From: Amphiscolops sp. MND2022
Lineage: Eukaryota
Length of the DNA: 64,000 nucleotides
Direction: 5' to 3'
NCBI GenBank assembly: GCA_964187785.1
Contig: OZ076415.1
Span: 68,944,001-69,008,000 of the forward strand
The translations under genes were made by a program, and so were the position numbers. Shown here piece by piece: positions 1 through 11,998 of this stretch. The notes beneath the pieces were generated by a model. The model did no database searches. It saw only the letters and a list, made by a program, of their open reading frames with translations, and was not told where the DNA came from. Numbering within the stretch: position 1 is the first letter of the stretch; every line of letters begins with the position of its first letter.

Positions 1-60
1 GACATCGTGCGTCTCATAATCCAGAAACTGGGCAACAAAGAAGTATTCAGTCCCACTCAT
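1..60 (+). CDS. TRPN1: TRPN1/NOMPC exon, 5'-truncated by window (DIVRLIIQKLGNKEVFSPTH)
   Basis: Open frame ending at a GTTAGT donor (61); phase 0 joins the next exon; resembles the NOMPC segment 'EDVVKLLLTKRGVDPFSTGG' as recalled. Confidence 0.75.
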
Positions 61-302
61 GTTAGTCATGTCTGGAAAACTAACTAGTTTTGAAACATTA
101 ATAGTTTATAATTATATTAATAGTTATAATTATAGCTCCAGCTATCAAATGGGTCTGTTTTATATCGTCTTTGAGACAACCATGACTTAGGCATCAAGAT
201 GCAGTGGTTGGACTTTAGATCCTCACCATGTGAACTTACCATTGTTGGGTCACAAGCAATTCCAGTGTTAAGGCCTGATAAATCGAATTAACGCTCTTTG
301 CG

Positions 303-450
303 GATGAGCATGGTGTAGCGGTTAGAGCATTCGGCCTCTACTGGGGCGGTATCAGGTTCGAATCTCTCAACTCATCATTGTTGAACCTTGAGCAAGTCCT
401 TCAACAGCTTAGTGTCCCCGACGGCCACTTGTGGTGGAAGCTTTATTCCA
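303..450 (+). mobile_element. tRNA-derived SINE-like sequence
   Basis: A box TGGTGTAGCGG (311), B box GGTTCGAATC (355), then CCTTGAGCAAGTC resembling the CORE-SINE conserved block. Confidence 0.45.
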
Positions 451-828
451 TCAGCCACAGATATAAAAAAGCCCTTCCAGGTACAATTCCGCTAAACTGA
501 AACTTAAGCGCAAAATTACAAAAAACTGGAACTGTTTTCTATTATGTTTTGATTGATTTTGTAAATTTTGATACGTATATTCATTTGTTGTTTGACAAGC
601 AATAAGAAACGTGTTCGAATGCTTGCTTGTCCGTACAAGGCTTGTCTTAGCTAATAATAGCGCAGCGCTGTACATAAGTGTTAAGATTGTACATATGTGC
701 TAGAAACTAACTGAATGGCCGAGTAAGGCCACGCGTCTTAATCGTTCATTGCTGTTGACGTCAATTAGCCTGATGCGGCTTTATTCTAAACTAGACGCTC
801 ATGCTGCTCCATTTCAAACAATCATTCT

Positions 829-1202
829 GGGAACTGTTCAATTCGTCGAACATTCAATTCGTCGAACACGTATCAATTCATCGAGCATGGTATGACCTAA
901 TGGAATGAATTGATTTCGGCCAATCAAATTCGAGCATTCAAAATTACGATAACGTAGTCAGCTATGTCCACATACTCCTAGTGCCCTAAATGCAGGAGCG
1001 AAGCGGAGCGACGTGCCATATGGCCATGCCTCAATATTGCCACTTGGCGAAGGGAGCGAAGCGACCGAGCCATACAACAAATATGCTAATCGCCACAAAA
1101 TATAGCCAAAAGAAAATATTCGCTGATATGGAATTCTTTCGACGCATTGAATAGCTTCTCATTTTTCGACGATTTGAATGTTCGACGAATTGAAGTTGCA
1201 CC
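829..1202. mobile_element. MITE with ~35-bp TIRs, GG...CC ends and 9-bp TSD (Mutator- or Merlin-type)
   Basis: TTCAATTCGTCGAACATTCAA inverted at both ends; AATCATTCT at 820-828 and 1203-1211. Confidence 0.8.
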
Positions 1203-2528
1203 AATCATTCTAGTGACGATGTAAATAACGTCGAAATCTGATGCTGTTCTCTTTGATCCCCCTCCCCGTTTTCTTCCTTTAATTCTATTCCTTTCAGCCC
1301 AAATCAGTTGCTAATGTTTTTAGACAAGTTAGCGCTACTGGCGTTTTATAATGTATACAAGTAGTGTTATGTTATTTCACAAGTGAACAATATGTTAACT
1401 ATAATCTACCCACCCATTATTGTTCCGAATTCGGCTATGTAAACAAATGGGTGTGCGGTCTCTTTGAAGGTTCTTTTTAGCCTAACGATGATGCCAAGGT
1501 GCTATTTTTAGTTCCATTCGTGGCTGTATTTGTAACATGACTCCTCATATTTTAATAGTCATCCGACTTGGGGTATATGAACCCAAGTTTGAGAGCTCTG
1601 GAGACACAATTTTGAAGATTTGAGTGACATATTGATACATTGTACCTAATCCGTTTCCATTTTGAACGGTTAGGTAAAACTCTGTGAGAGTAAATATCAC
1701 GACAAAAACAGGAAGTTTTGAAGATCATCCTGAAGACACTTTTTTCAATGCCTTCAACAAGAAAACAGATAGCTGGAGCAAGATGCTCGGAAGAGATGGA
1801 TATCTTATCTGATCACGAAAATACAGAAAAAATACAGGCGAGAACAACTCAATTTCAATCGAAAAAGAACTCGGAAAAATTAAGAATGGACCCGCCAGTA
1901 AGCAAGAAACCGGGGCCATCCCCACTCATAGAGAAAACTTGTCTCAAAAAACCACATCAGAACGTCTAGAGTCCATGGAAATAATATCACGTTGATTGAA
2001 ATTAAGACTCTCTCTGCAGATGGTTTCCTTGATGAACACGATGCATACGCAGATCAGAAGGACAATTAGTTCTACCATAAAAGAGATGGTCATTCCAGAG
2101 ATGAAAAATATAGTTAGTAGCGTGCCTGTGAGATAAATTGATTTTGGCAGCAAACCAGATGGGTCAAACACAAACTTATCAAAAAAGGACTCTAGATCTG
2201 CTTTTGATGTCAGAGGACGTGCAGATCTAAGTCCTCGCACATGACAAAAACAATTACGCATTTAGCAGAAGCAAGCTACTTTTATGATCTTGTGCAATTC
2301 ATTTTGTAGATACTGTTCCAAGCTAACCATCGCTTGATTGCGTGGCTGCAAATATGGTTTCACAGCTTGCTATAGATAAAAAGTATCCGAAAGTGGACCG
2401 ACTAAGTGAAACAGATATTCTAAGTTAGCACCCATTCGAGAAAAAGGAACAAAAGTTTTTTGCTTCCATCTACCCAGTTCAGTTGGTGGAATGTTAAGAG
2501 TGTGTTGTTAATTAACATCTTCTGTTAG

Positions 2529-2657
2529 GGGGATGAGAAGACGGTTCTGCACTTCGCGTGCATGAGGAAGACGGGGGGACTGGACATAGTGAGACACCTG
2601 CTGAGACTGAACTCCAACCAGAATAGCGCCAAGGACGGACGCCTCATTCCCGACAAG
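2529..2657 (+). CDS. TRPN1: TRPN1/NOMPC ankyrin exon (GDEKTVLHFACMRKTGGLDIVRHLLRLNSNQNSAKDGRLIPDK)
   Basis: ttag acceptor, GTGATT donor, 129 nt, phase 0/0, ankyrin TxLH motif. Confidence 0.85.
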
Positions 2658-2823
2658 GTGATTTTCTGGCATCATCATTCATGACTCATCAAGTTCAATC
2701 CATGCTTTCGGGCGTTATTATTTTCCGCCCAAATATAATTGGGGAGGAAAATCATAAGCTGTGTTGCGTTTTTTTCCGAATTCTGCCAAAACTCCACTTT
2801 ATTACTCCATTTAGTAAATTCTA

Positions 2824-2896
2824 GTCATCATGGCGCAGTTGGTAGGGCGTCTGCCTGGGCAGACACGAGGTCGTGGGTTCGAACCCGTAATGATGC
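2824..2896 (+). other. tRNA-like Pol III module inside a dispersed repeat (related copy ~62470-62640)
   Basis: A box TGGCGCAGTTGG, B box GGTTCGAACC; anticodon arm has a 2-nt loop, so not a functional tRNA. Confidence 0.45.
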
Positions 2897-3598
2897 GTTA
2901 CTTTTATAGCAGGAAATAACACTGCTTAGCGGGCGTCTTGGTATTAACATTGCAATTGATGAAATATTTTATTAATAGGCATTTCACTTGGATTTAAAAG
3001 ATTTTAGTTCAGAGGTCAAATTTTTGTTCAAGACAACTAATCAAGGCATCTTGTAGAAAACTTGGAAGTTCAGGCTAATTTTGTAAGTTTGGCAAGGATA
3101 AGACCTTTCTTTCAAAATTTTTCCAAGATGATTTGCAAGAATCTTGCGAGCTTTTAATTTTTCCTTAACTATGGTTGTAAATCCTGAAGAGTACATGAAC
3201 GATGATGCCAGGTGAAAAAGATCTATAGATCGAAATTTCCTTGACCTTGAACAGCCTATGAAAGAAAAAAATATATGCATTTTTCAATAATGAAGTCATT
3301 CAATACAGTTATGTATGCTATTTGAAGCAATATATAGATCAATAATATTATTATATTATTACCTTTATTCAAACAGCCAGGAATAAGTTAGGATTAATTT
3401 CAAGAGATTTTTCGAGGTTTTCCCGAAATTGAGTTTAAAAGGTAACAGTTTTTAAGGGAAATTTTCAGTTGACCTCGAGTTTTGCAACAAAAAAATTACT
3501 GAGTTGTTGATTTTCGAAACACAAAAATTCAAGAAATATTTGTGGAACAAGTCTGAATAGCAGGAAAGAAAAGTGTTTTGAGGGAAGTTTTTTTCCAG

Positions 3599-3703
3599 AA
3601 AGGCATTTTGCCAATCATGCAAGCAGCCGAGGTTGGAAACGCAGCCGTGTGTCGCGAACTTCTGTCTCACAATGCCGAAGAACAAGTCAGGGCCCAGCGA
3701 AAG
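3599..3703 (+). CDS. TRPN1: TRPN1/NOMPC ankyrin exon (KGILPIMQAAEVGNAAVCRELLSHNAEEQVRAQRK)
   Basis: ttttccag acceptor, GTTAGC donor, 105 nt; matches recalled NOMPC 'GKIPLLLAVESGNQSMCRELL...EQLKA'. Not in the ORF track. Confidence 0.88.
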
Positions 3704-4408
3704 GTTAGCCACTAAATTGACTCTTCATAGAGTTACCCGTACTGGAAACAAACCGGTGGATCACCGGTGGAAGACGTTCATAAGTTTCGATCCGTAATTC
3801 CACCGGTGGTCACTTTTGGTGAAACTTTTTTTTTGAAAAATTCGAATAACTCAAATTGCAGTGCGTCAAATTTTGACGGTCATTCTTTTTTGGGATTTAT
3901 GCATGTTTTTACTGTTATATTGATTTCTGAGGGTTACCTTGATGGCCCGGGTAGCATTAAGGACGCTTTTCTTCACCGCGTATCCTGCAGCCGTAAGATA
4001 GGTAGGATTTTCACAATTTTTGGGGGTATTTTTACTTTTTTCACCTAAAAAAAAGAATTTGTAGCAGGGTTTTGACATCGCTAATTTTTCCGCTAATCGC
4101 TAAACCGCTAATTCGGAAATCGCTATTTGAATCCCATGGTTTCCGTTAAATTTGCGCCTTTTTAATTTTTGCTCTATAATTCTGTTGAACTTCTGCCGAT
4201 TTTTGCTGGACCTGCATCATCCTTGTACCATCGGTAGAACAATCGGTGACCACCGGTGGAATCTCCGGTGGGACTGTGAGTACCTCCACCGGTAGTCCAC
4301 CGGTGGCCACCGCAAAATCTGCGGATGCCACCGCAGTGGTCCACCGGTGGGGCTTCTGTGGAACATCGGTGACCTTTCGGTGGACTGCGGCTGATTTCCA
4401 ACCCGGGA

Positions 4409-4594
4409 ACAGACAGGAGCAGAAATGATTGAGAAAAATCCTCTCATCCTATGAATACGATACGGCAACTAAAACCCTATAACTTTCTAATTTTAAAGAT
4501 ATATCTTCAAAATTAGAAAGTTATAGGGTTTAAGTTGCCGTATCGTATTCATAGGATGAGAGGATTTTTCTCAATCATTTCTGCTTCTGTTTGT
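4409..4594. repeat. ~186-bp near-perfect palindrome without a loop
   Basis: Arms are reverse complements with about 4 mismatches around the centre AAGATATATCTT. Confidence 0.9.
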
Positions 4595-4961
4595 AACTTT
4601 TATGGTGACTGCGGCATGTTGTATTTCTTGCTAACTTGATGAAAAAATTGCAGAAAACACTGCTTATATTCATATTCAATGCTATTCCATTTCAGTGAAT
4701 AAGGTCAGACAACTTTACTTCAACATAAAAGATCAACAAGTATGACCTCAGATTACCCTAGTACGTAATTTTGGCCCATGTCACAGAATGCATCAGTTGA
4801 GAATAATTTAAAGGCCATTTTTGCAATTTAAGATTAAACAAAAATTTCCCAACTGAATTGTATAACCACAGAAAATGTACTCTCTCAAATTTATCTCTCT
4901 GAATAAGCATTTTTCTACTTTACAACCAGGATGTGTCAAATACGTCTGCTTTTGTTCTCAG

Positions 4962-5060
4962 GACAACGGGGACACGGTGCTGCACATAGTGTGTCGCAAA
5001 AAGGACATTGAACTCATTCGACTCTTCTGTGAATTCTCGAGACCTGTCGACATACAGAAT
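4962..5060 (+). CDS. TRPN1: TRPN1/NOMPC ankyrin exon (DNGDTVLHIVCRKKDIELIRLFCEFSRPVDIQN)
   Basis: ttctcag / GTGAGT, 99 nt, phase 0; NGDTxLH...DxQN ankyrin repeat collinear with NOMPC. Confidence 0.92.
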
Positions 5061-5374
5061 GTGAGTAGAAGAATAAGCTTGCGATGATGAAATATTGCTT
5101 GTGTATTTCGCTCTGCCCAGTCCAAAATGAATATATGAACTCAGCTGGCTCAGGAAGTTATTGGAATTGTCAGTGAAGTTGATTTCGCTCGTTCTAGTGA
5201 ACAGAGCTCAACTGGAATCCAAACGAATGCTCTAAAAATCCTTTATGTTTTCTGTGCGCCCATGTAAACTCCATCTACATGTAAGATGCATGAAACATAC
5301 ATGTAGTTGTATGGGATTCCCTGTATCATGTATGCAACTTGGATGCAACATGACTGCTGTGTGAATGTCTGCAG

Positions 5375-5476
5375 ATGGAGGGTCACGTGCCTCTGCACAT
5401 CTCAGCGTGGGAGGGCGACGAGGTTGCAGTCAAGTACTTCTACGTCATGAAGGCCAACCCCAACATCAGTGACAAA
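5375..5476 (+). CDS. TRPN1: TRPN1/NOMPC ankyrin exon (MEGHVPLHISAWEGDEVAVKYFYVMKANPNISDK)
   Basis: ctgcag / GTGAGT, 102 nt; the EGDE...KYFY motif is characteristic of NOMPC. Confidence 0.93.
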
Positions 5477-8400
5477 GTGAGTCATCGTTCACTGAATGAA
5501 ACCATGCACCATGCTTCTTACTGTCCCCAGGAAAGTACACCTTCCCAGGTTGACCAAAATTACTCACCATGCTATGATCATAGTATGATCATGCTATGAT
5601 CATGGTCATTCCATGATCATGATCTTGCCAAGATCTTACCATGGTGACCATGTTTCATAGTAATGATCATACTATGACCATCATGTTTCATATCATGAAC
5701 ATAGTATGAAAACCATGATTCAAGAGAAAAAATGTAGTAATGTAACGTCAGCCACCGACATATTAAAATTTCGATGAAAAATTCGAAATGTGCGATATCG
5801 AAATTGTTCAATAAAAATGGCCGACCTAGCAGGTGCGGGAAAATGAACAAGAAAAGAGAGCACGCGGAGACAGAAAAAAGAAAAAAAGCAACAATGTCAA
5901 CAATATCAGACGAACATAGTCAAAAAGCCACGGGTTCTGCCCCGCCCAAGAGATGGCGAATCAAACCCGACCCTGAAGATGTTAACCCAGAGCTCCTAAA
6001 TGTTCCCCAGGAACCTTGAGGAAGCCTCCCTGAAACTTCATCTAGCTGAATCTTATGAACCTATCTGAATTTCGGGTATTTATTAATGTCAGACCCAGTA
6101 GGTCGATATTTGGTACATTTTAGACGCCATTCCCGGAATTGATGTTTTCTAGCTAAATCTCTATTTTTGGACCTCGGAAGTATGTAGGAAGTCAGTCGTA
6201 GGAAGCTTTAGGATTGTTCTTACAGGCTTGTGGGGCGTGTCCGGACTTTGAGAGTGCCGGCGCGTTGCCTCGGAGCTCTAACTAGAAGAGTCTCTTTAGA
6301 CGTCAGAAAAGTCCCCCTAGGAAACCATTTTGGGAGAAAAACTAATGTCTAGGAGTGTAGTAAGACAACGGTCTCCTGTTTAAGCACCCTAGGCATCGTC
6401 CCTCTTCCTAGATGTGCGCCGCTAGCCGGACGTTACATAAGAATGTCGGACATGGCAGCTACCTGTGCGTATAGTTCACAGAAATTGCATGCCGAAGTCC
6501 TTATGCTCTATTTTCAGGGAGGCTCTCAGCTCGTGAGATACATAGTATCACACTTGACGAGACCCACGACGAGAACGTGGCCTCCGCTAGGTGATTATCG
6601 AATTTTTGGAAAATTTCGAACATGTTCAATCATACTATGATCATAGTCACCGACATGCTGTTCATAATATGACCATACTATGATCATAGTATGGCAATCA
6701 TTTTCCATCATGACCATACTATGACATGGTATGATTCATCATTTCCGAATATGTCGGTCAACCTCGGTTGTTTCGGATCCCCCAACAAGAAAATGTCGTT
6801 TCTTGGGAAATAATTGAGTTTGATAATTGAATTGCACGGATAAAGGAACTTAATAAGGTTACAAACACTTGAAGAATAGTTTTGACAAATCCATCAAAAG
6901 TGTACCCTGCTTTTTTGATATTTTTGAATCGAAATAGTATCATTTAGCAATGGAACAATGCAAATTTACCTAGAAATGCTATCATTTTACTGCAAATTCT
7001 CTCTACCAATAGTTCTCTACCTACTGCAAATTCAACAGTTTTTCCGTAAATTTGGTACATTTTCGGGATCTTCCAGGGCTGAATTTGCGGTCACTCGTTC
7101 CAGAAATATCCGAATGACACGTGAAACGGTGCTTTTATGAATGCTCGATAATTTGGAAAGCTGAGATAAACTGATTTTCTTTGCAATATAAAGTAATACA
7201 GCGTATGACGCTGAAAATTTATTAAACGACAATCAAAATTCAAGAACCAATCAGGTGAAATTGAATTTTTTAATAGACAATCAAAATTTCAAAGTCGACA
7301 TTGAATTTTAGTTATTCCTCCTCAGACACTGATCACATGCAGCGTGTAATTAAGATTGAAAGTTGTAGCGCCGCAATGCGAAGCAACATTTTCATTCTTT
7401 CTATAATCTTGAATGGCTATTTGTGAACAGTTGATTGTTTATTTTATTTAATTAACCAATCAAAAACAAGCTGTTACCGAGCGGTGGAAATTTTGAACGA
7501 CGTTTATTAAATTACTGCTCGATATCGCGAAAAAGTAGAATCAGAAAACCATTAAATTAAGAGTTATGGAAAAATAATCTAGACATCACTCAAAATAAAA
7601 TTACTGAATGATTTTTCAACCATTCGATATCGATATTGTTCTTTCAATTGCAAAACTGTCGCCAACAACGGCGTCAGAAAAGCCTTCAGCAGGCTCATTA
7701 CCCAAATTAGGGCAATGACCGCAGTTTCTAGCAGTAATCAGGCTGCTGAAAAAGGCTCTAAGAAAGCTGATGATATGAAATTTACGAAAATGTCCGGATT
7801 TTAAGGTCTTTCCTTTGTAACTTTCCGATAGTGGATCTGGACGTTTGAGAGCATATTTCTCCGTCTCTGAAATCGACAGGAGTGATAAATTACAATTTTT
7901 GGAAAGCCCTTGAAAGGACTTTTCATTTGATACATTCGGCATTTTTCAGACTTATACAGGTGAGGAGTTATTAGGATTCTCGTCAAAACTTTGGAAGCCA
8001 GAATACGTTATCGTAATTTTTCATGCATTTTTGCATGCAACATTTTTTCAGCAGGTTCAAGCATTTTGATTATGAAAACGAGTATAAATAGTCGTTGTTG
8101 GGTGAAATGAGCCTTTAGATTGAGTCTCGACTGCTTGTACCGAAGGTATAGTGTTTTTTTATAATCTTAAAATTTTGTCCATCGTGATAAGATACGATCT
8201 TGGAATAAGTATTATCTTAGTAAGATCTTAATAAGAATCTTGCCATGGGATCCATGGTTGCCAAGATGTAGTAAGAATTTGGTAAGATCTTGTCAAGACA
8301 GCCAAGATGCTAGTAAGAGGGTCAACGCGGGCGTTTATTGAATTTCAGCGTCATACACTGTATTATTTGCTCTCTCTATAGCGCCGCTTTGAGGCATCTT

Positions 8401-8695
8401 TGGTTATGAAAATAAACAAACTTTTGTGAGAAAGCTTGTCAAATTACTTTTTGATTGATACCTTATTTACTTTTCTAGAGTCTGAGATATTTGATAATAT
8501 TTGCCCAGAAAACCGTTCAAGAGGTTGTAACTGTTTAGAACGCTACTGTACAATGAGCAACCTGTTAACTGGCAGTCAATGTAAAAGATAGAATTATGTT
8601 GACATCATTTTTTATTGGACCAAAATTTCAGCGCAAACCATTTCGCCAATGATCTTTGAACATTGTTTCTTATTGTCATAATGAATTGTTCTTTA

Positions 8696-8879
8696 TGACC
8701 TTTTTTGCCTCATTTGACCTTTTGTGCCTCATTTGACCTTTTGTGCCTCATTAGACCTTTTGTGCCTCATTTGACCTTTTGTGCCTCATTTGACCTTTTG
8801 TGCCTCATTTAACCTTTTGTGCCTCATTTGACCTTTTGTGCCTCATTTGACCTTTTGTGCCTCATTTGACCTTTTGTGC
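8696..8879. repeat. 19-bp tandem repeat (CCTCATTTGACCTTTTGTG), about 10 copies
   Basis: Read directly; ends 10 nt before the TRPN1 exon at 8890. Confidence 0.95.
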
Positions 8880-8889
8880 GTGCCGACAG

Positions 8890-8991
8890 CTGGACCGGTC
8901 TCCCCTGCACATCGCGGCCGAGAGGGGTCACACGACCATTGTGGAGCTACTCGTGGACAAGTTCAAGGCCTCTGTGGCTGCCAGAACCAAG
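8890..8991 (+). CDS. TRPN1: TRPN1/NOMPC ankyrin exon (LDRSPLHIAAERGHTTIVELLVDKFKASVAARTK)
   Basis: gacag / GTCAGA, 102 nt; DKFKAS..RTK is characteristic of NOMPC. Confidence 0.93.
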
Positions 8992-9790
8992 GTCAGAGTT
9001 TCAACATTTTTATTTTTTGATTTTGTTAGAAAATGTAAAAGTGCGCTTTTTTCAAAACACTTAGCCCCCCCATTCATTTTTGTCTAAACTTGAGTGGTGG
9101 GTTTACTTAGTTTCATAACGATTATAAGAACGCCTTTTGAACAAATAGAGCAGACTCTAGCAGTGACTAGTTTGACTCCGAAATGCCCACTTTAAAACAT
9201 TTAAAAATAAAAAATGTTTATTAATTCATTTTGGCCCAGCAGTTTGTGTACGTGGTTGGGAAGAAGTTCATGGATTCGAATCCCCCGCTGGTTTGAAAAA
9301 CTTAGTAATCAATGGTCCCCCTTTACATTTTTCGGCATTGTGCGACGTTTTCTTCCGACTATTTTTTGTTTATACAGTCTATCAGAGTGCTCATAGGTGC
9401 TGTTTGTTTGACCAATGAGACATGCTAAAAGTCGACTGAAAACATTTTTTAAATCTTATTATTGTTTTCTGAGTTTTTCTGTGAACATTTCGCTCAAGCA
9501 TACTAAAATATAAAAGCCAATAAAGTGTCCCGGGTGGCTTTTTGGCACAAATTAAACTTTGGCACTAAAAATTTAAACTGTGCGTGGAAACTTATGCAGA
9601 GGTCCATTCGTTGAGTTACATGATATAAAGCATTCATATGAATGCAAAAGAACCCAAAGGGTTAGTTTTTGAACTTTTCGGCACTGTGAGATTTTTTTTT
9701 CAAATTTTGATCCGGTTGGGGGAAAATATCTTTGCTGTTATTCCAGTTAAGAAGTTATCTGTTAGTACCATTCAATGTTGTTCGTTCCAG

Positions 9791-9889
9791 GACGGTAGCA
9801 CCCTCATGCACATAGCCTCTCAGTGTGGGCACCCCGAGACAGCCCTCATGTTCCTACGCAAGGGAGTGCCCCTACACATGCCAAATAAG
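9791..9889 (+). CDS. TRPN1: TRPN1/NOMPC ankyrin exon (DGSTLMHIASQCGHPETALMFLRKGVPLHMPNK)
   Basis: ttccag / GTAATG, 99 nt; DGSTLMHIAS...KGV.LHMPNK is diagnostic of NOMPC. Confidence 0.95.
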
Positions 9890-10517
9890 GTAATGCTGTG
9901 ACATCCTCTATCACTATCATTTAAAAAGTGAAAAAATCAAAACGTCAACTTAAACACTTCAATTCGATGAAAAAAAAACATTATTGAACTAATTCTTTCA
10001 ATGGGAGTCACATTATTGTTTTTTTTCGAGTTGAACTTTTCGGCATCAATTTTACGTAAGAAGAGCTGTTTTATTTGGAATAAGTTTGGCGTTCATTTAT
10101 CATTGGAATCTGGTAATCCGGTACAGGGCATAAAATTCTGAAAGTTATCGGATATGAAGACTTTCTTTCGCATGACTACACTTTTTGCAAGTAGAGTAAA
10201 AGTTGTGAAATCCTTACAACAGCGGTTACTTGTACTCTGCAACTCAATTTCCAAAGTTCTTTATGTAGAAAGGATTATTTGCAAACTCTTTACTCATAAG
10301 GGTTCCAAAATTAGAGGAATGTAGACAAGGCAAAAATCCAAGAAACTTTTGTTCCTATCATATTTTGTAAAATTTGACAGTTTTTGCGAAATTTGGAAAC
10401 TCAGTAGGTTCCAAACTTTATTACCAAACAGGGGTTCCATTCATTTATCGCAGTCCCGACATCCCACGGTCTATTGCGCAATCAATTCCCCCCTTTCCCT
10501 TTGTTTTCCCCATGCAG

Positions 10518-10794
10518 GCGGGTGCCCTGTGTTTCCACGCAGCCGCGATCCAGGGTCACGTGGAGGTTATCCGGGCTCTGGCTCAGAAGGGCGCGGTGAT
10601 CGATGCCAGAGACAAGGACAACTACACCTCTCTTCATCTGGCTGTGCGCTACTGTCGCCCTCTAGTGGTCCAGGCTCTTCTGGGCTATGGTGCCGACACC
10701 AAACTGAAGGGGGGCAAGGCGGGAGAGGCTCCTCTGCACATAGCCGCCAGGAGCAAAGATGGAGAGGCAGTGACTGAAATGCTCATCAAATCAG
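10518..10794 (+). CDS. TRPN1: TRPN1/NOMPC exon encoding about 3 ankyrin repeats (AGALCFHAAAIQGH...DNYTSLHLAV...GGKAGEAPLHIAARSKDGEAVTEMLIKS)
   Basis: catgcag / GTTTTG, 277 nt, ends in phase 1, matching the next exon. Confidence 0.93.
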
Positions 10795-10953
10795 GTTTTG
10801 TGCATCGAAAACATCCAACATTCTTACATGTTGCAGTGACGTCATTGGACGGGAACAAGATGGGAACAAATAGACCACCTTCAAAAACAACCACTGATAA
10901 AAAGAGGAAACACTGAATTGCAAAAAGTTGAATTGAAAACATGAGATTCATGT

Positions 10954-11598
10954 AACAAGCCGGGACCGGCCCAAGTCGGCGCCATATCCAAGGCTCAAAA
11001 ATAGCAAAAAGACTTCCAAGTGTCAAGTATTCTCTTTTACAGTACTCGAAAATCGAAAATTTTACGAAAGAAAATTTTTCGAAAAAAAATTACATCCTCA
11101 AAAAAATGGACCGAGTGGCGCGCTGAAAGGGGGACACTTCCGAAATTGTCAACATTTTTGTCGCAGTTGAGGGGGTCTTGTCGCAAAATATCAAAAATTT
11201 GAAGGGGGAAAAATTTTTATTTTCGGAAAAAAATTTCACGGTGCCGAATAAAACTGAAAGGGGGGACCCTTTGGAATTTTCCAACATCCATTCTGTCGCA
11301 AAACAGCAAAAAAAATGAAGGGGGACCCTTTGAGGAAAAAAATTTTCCGGAAAAAAAGTCTCACAGTGCCGAAAAAAATTGGAAGGGGGACCTTTTGGTC
11401 TCGCCGTGTATGGTATGTTACGCGGGAAAACAGGAAAAACCTTTCTGGTTCAGTTCGCTAGACCAAATAGTGCAATTTGGTGCAATAATATTTTGTAGAA
11501 CTTTTGTAGAACTATTTTGGTCAGTTCGTGTGGATTGAAAAAAAAAAGAAAAGCCACTATAGTAGTAGCGTTTCACTTCATGAAGCGCCGACTAAAAA
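10954..11598 (-). mobile_element. HINE/Helentron-like dispersed repeat, copy 1
   Basis: T-run + AGTCGGCGC at one end; GCGCCGACT + GCCGG..CCGGC hairpin + TTGTT at the other; internal AAGGGGGGACCCTT modules. Confidence 0.6.
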
Positions 11599-11847
11599 TT
11601 GTATTCAAAAATGTTGATAAATCGGTGTGATTCGAAGTCAATTTTCTTTTTTTCCATGCTGCATTAATGAAACATCGATGATTCAGTGATGGTTCTTATG
11701 AATTAGTATGACAACATTTTTAAGTACCATTTTTAGATGAATCTAGTATTCGCAATTCATCTTTTCGCAACTCAGTGTTTCCTCTTCCTTTTTGTGGTTG
11801 CTTTTGAAGATCTGTCTGTTCGCAACGTTTCAAAATTTTGTGTTCAG

Positions 11848-11972
11848 GGGCCAATGTGAATGCCACGCAGGAGAATGGAGAGACATCTCTGCACATAGCT
11901 GCTCGTCACGGACACTACAAAATATTCTCCGCTCTTCTACAGGACGGGGCCGACCCCACGTGTCTTTCAAAG
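11848..11972 (+). CDS. TRPN1: TRPN1/NOMPC ankyrin exon (G-ANVNATQENGETSLHIAARHGHYKIFSALLQDGADPTCLSK)
   Basis: tgttcag / GTTACA, 125 nt; completes the split Gly codon from the previous exon. Confidence 0.92.
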
Positions 11973-11998
11973 GTTACATTCAGAAACATCAATATATA

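Noticed and set aside
2824-2896. Functional tRNA genes here and at 303-375, 34575-34655, 53130-53170 and ~53965-54000
   Set aside because: A/B boxes or B box only; anticodon or acceptor stems do not form a valid cloverleaf.
3767-4468. Overlapping ORFs in the CCACCGGTGG-rich region
   Set aside because: Low-complexity palindromic repeat of a probable inverted-repeat element; no protein signature.
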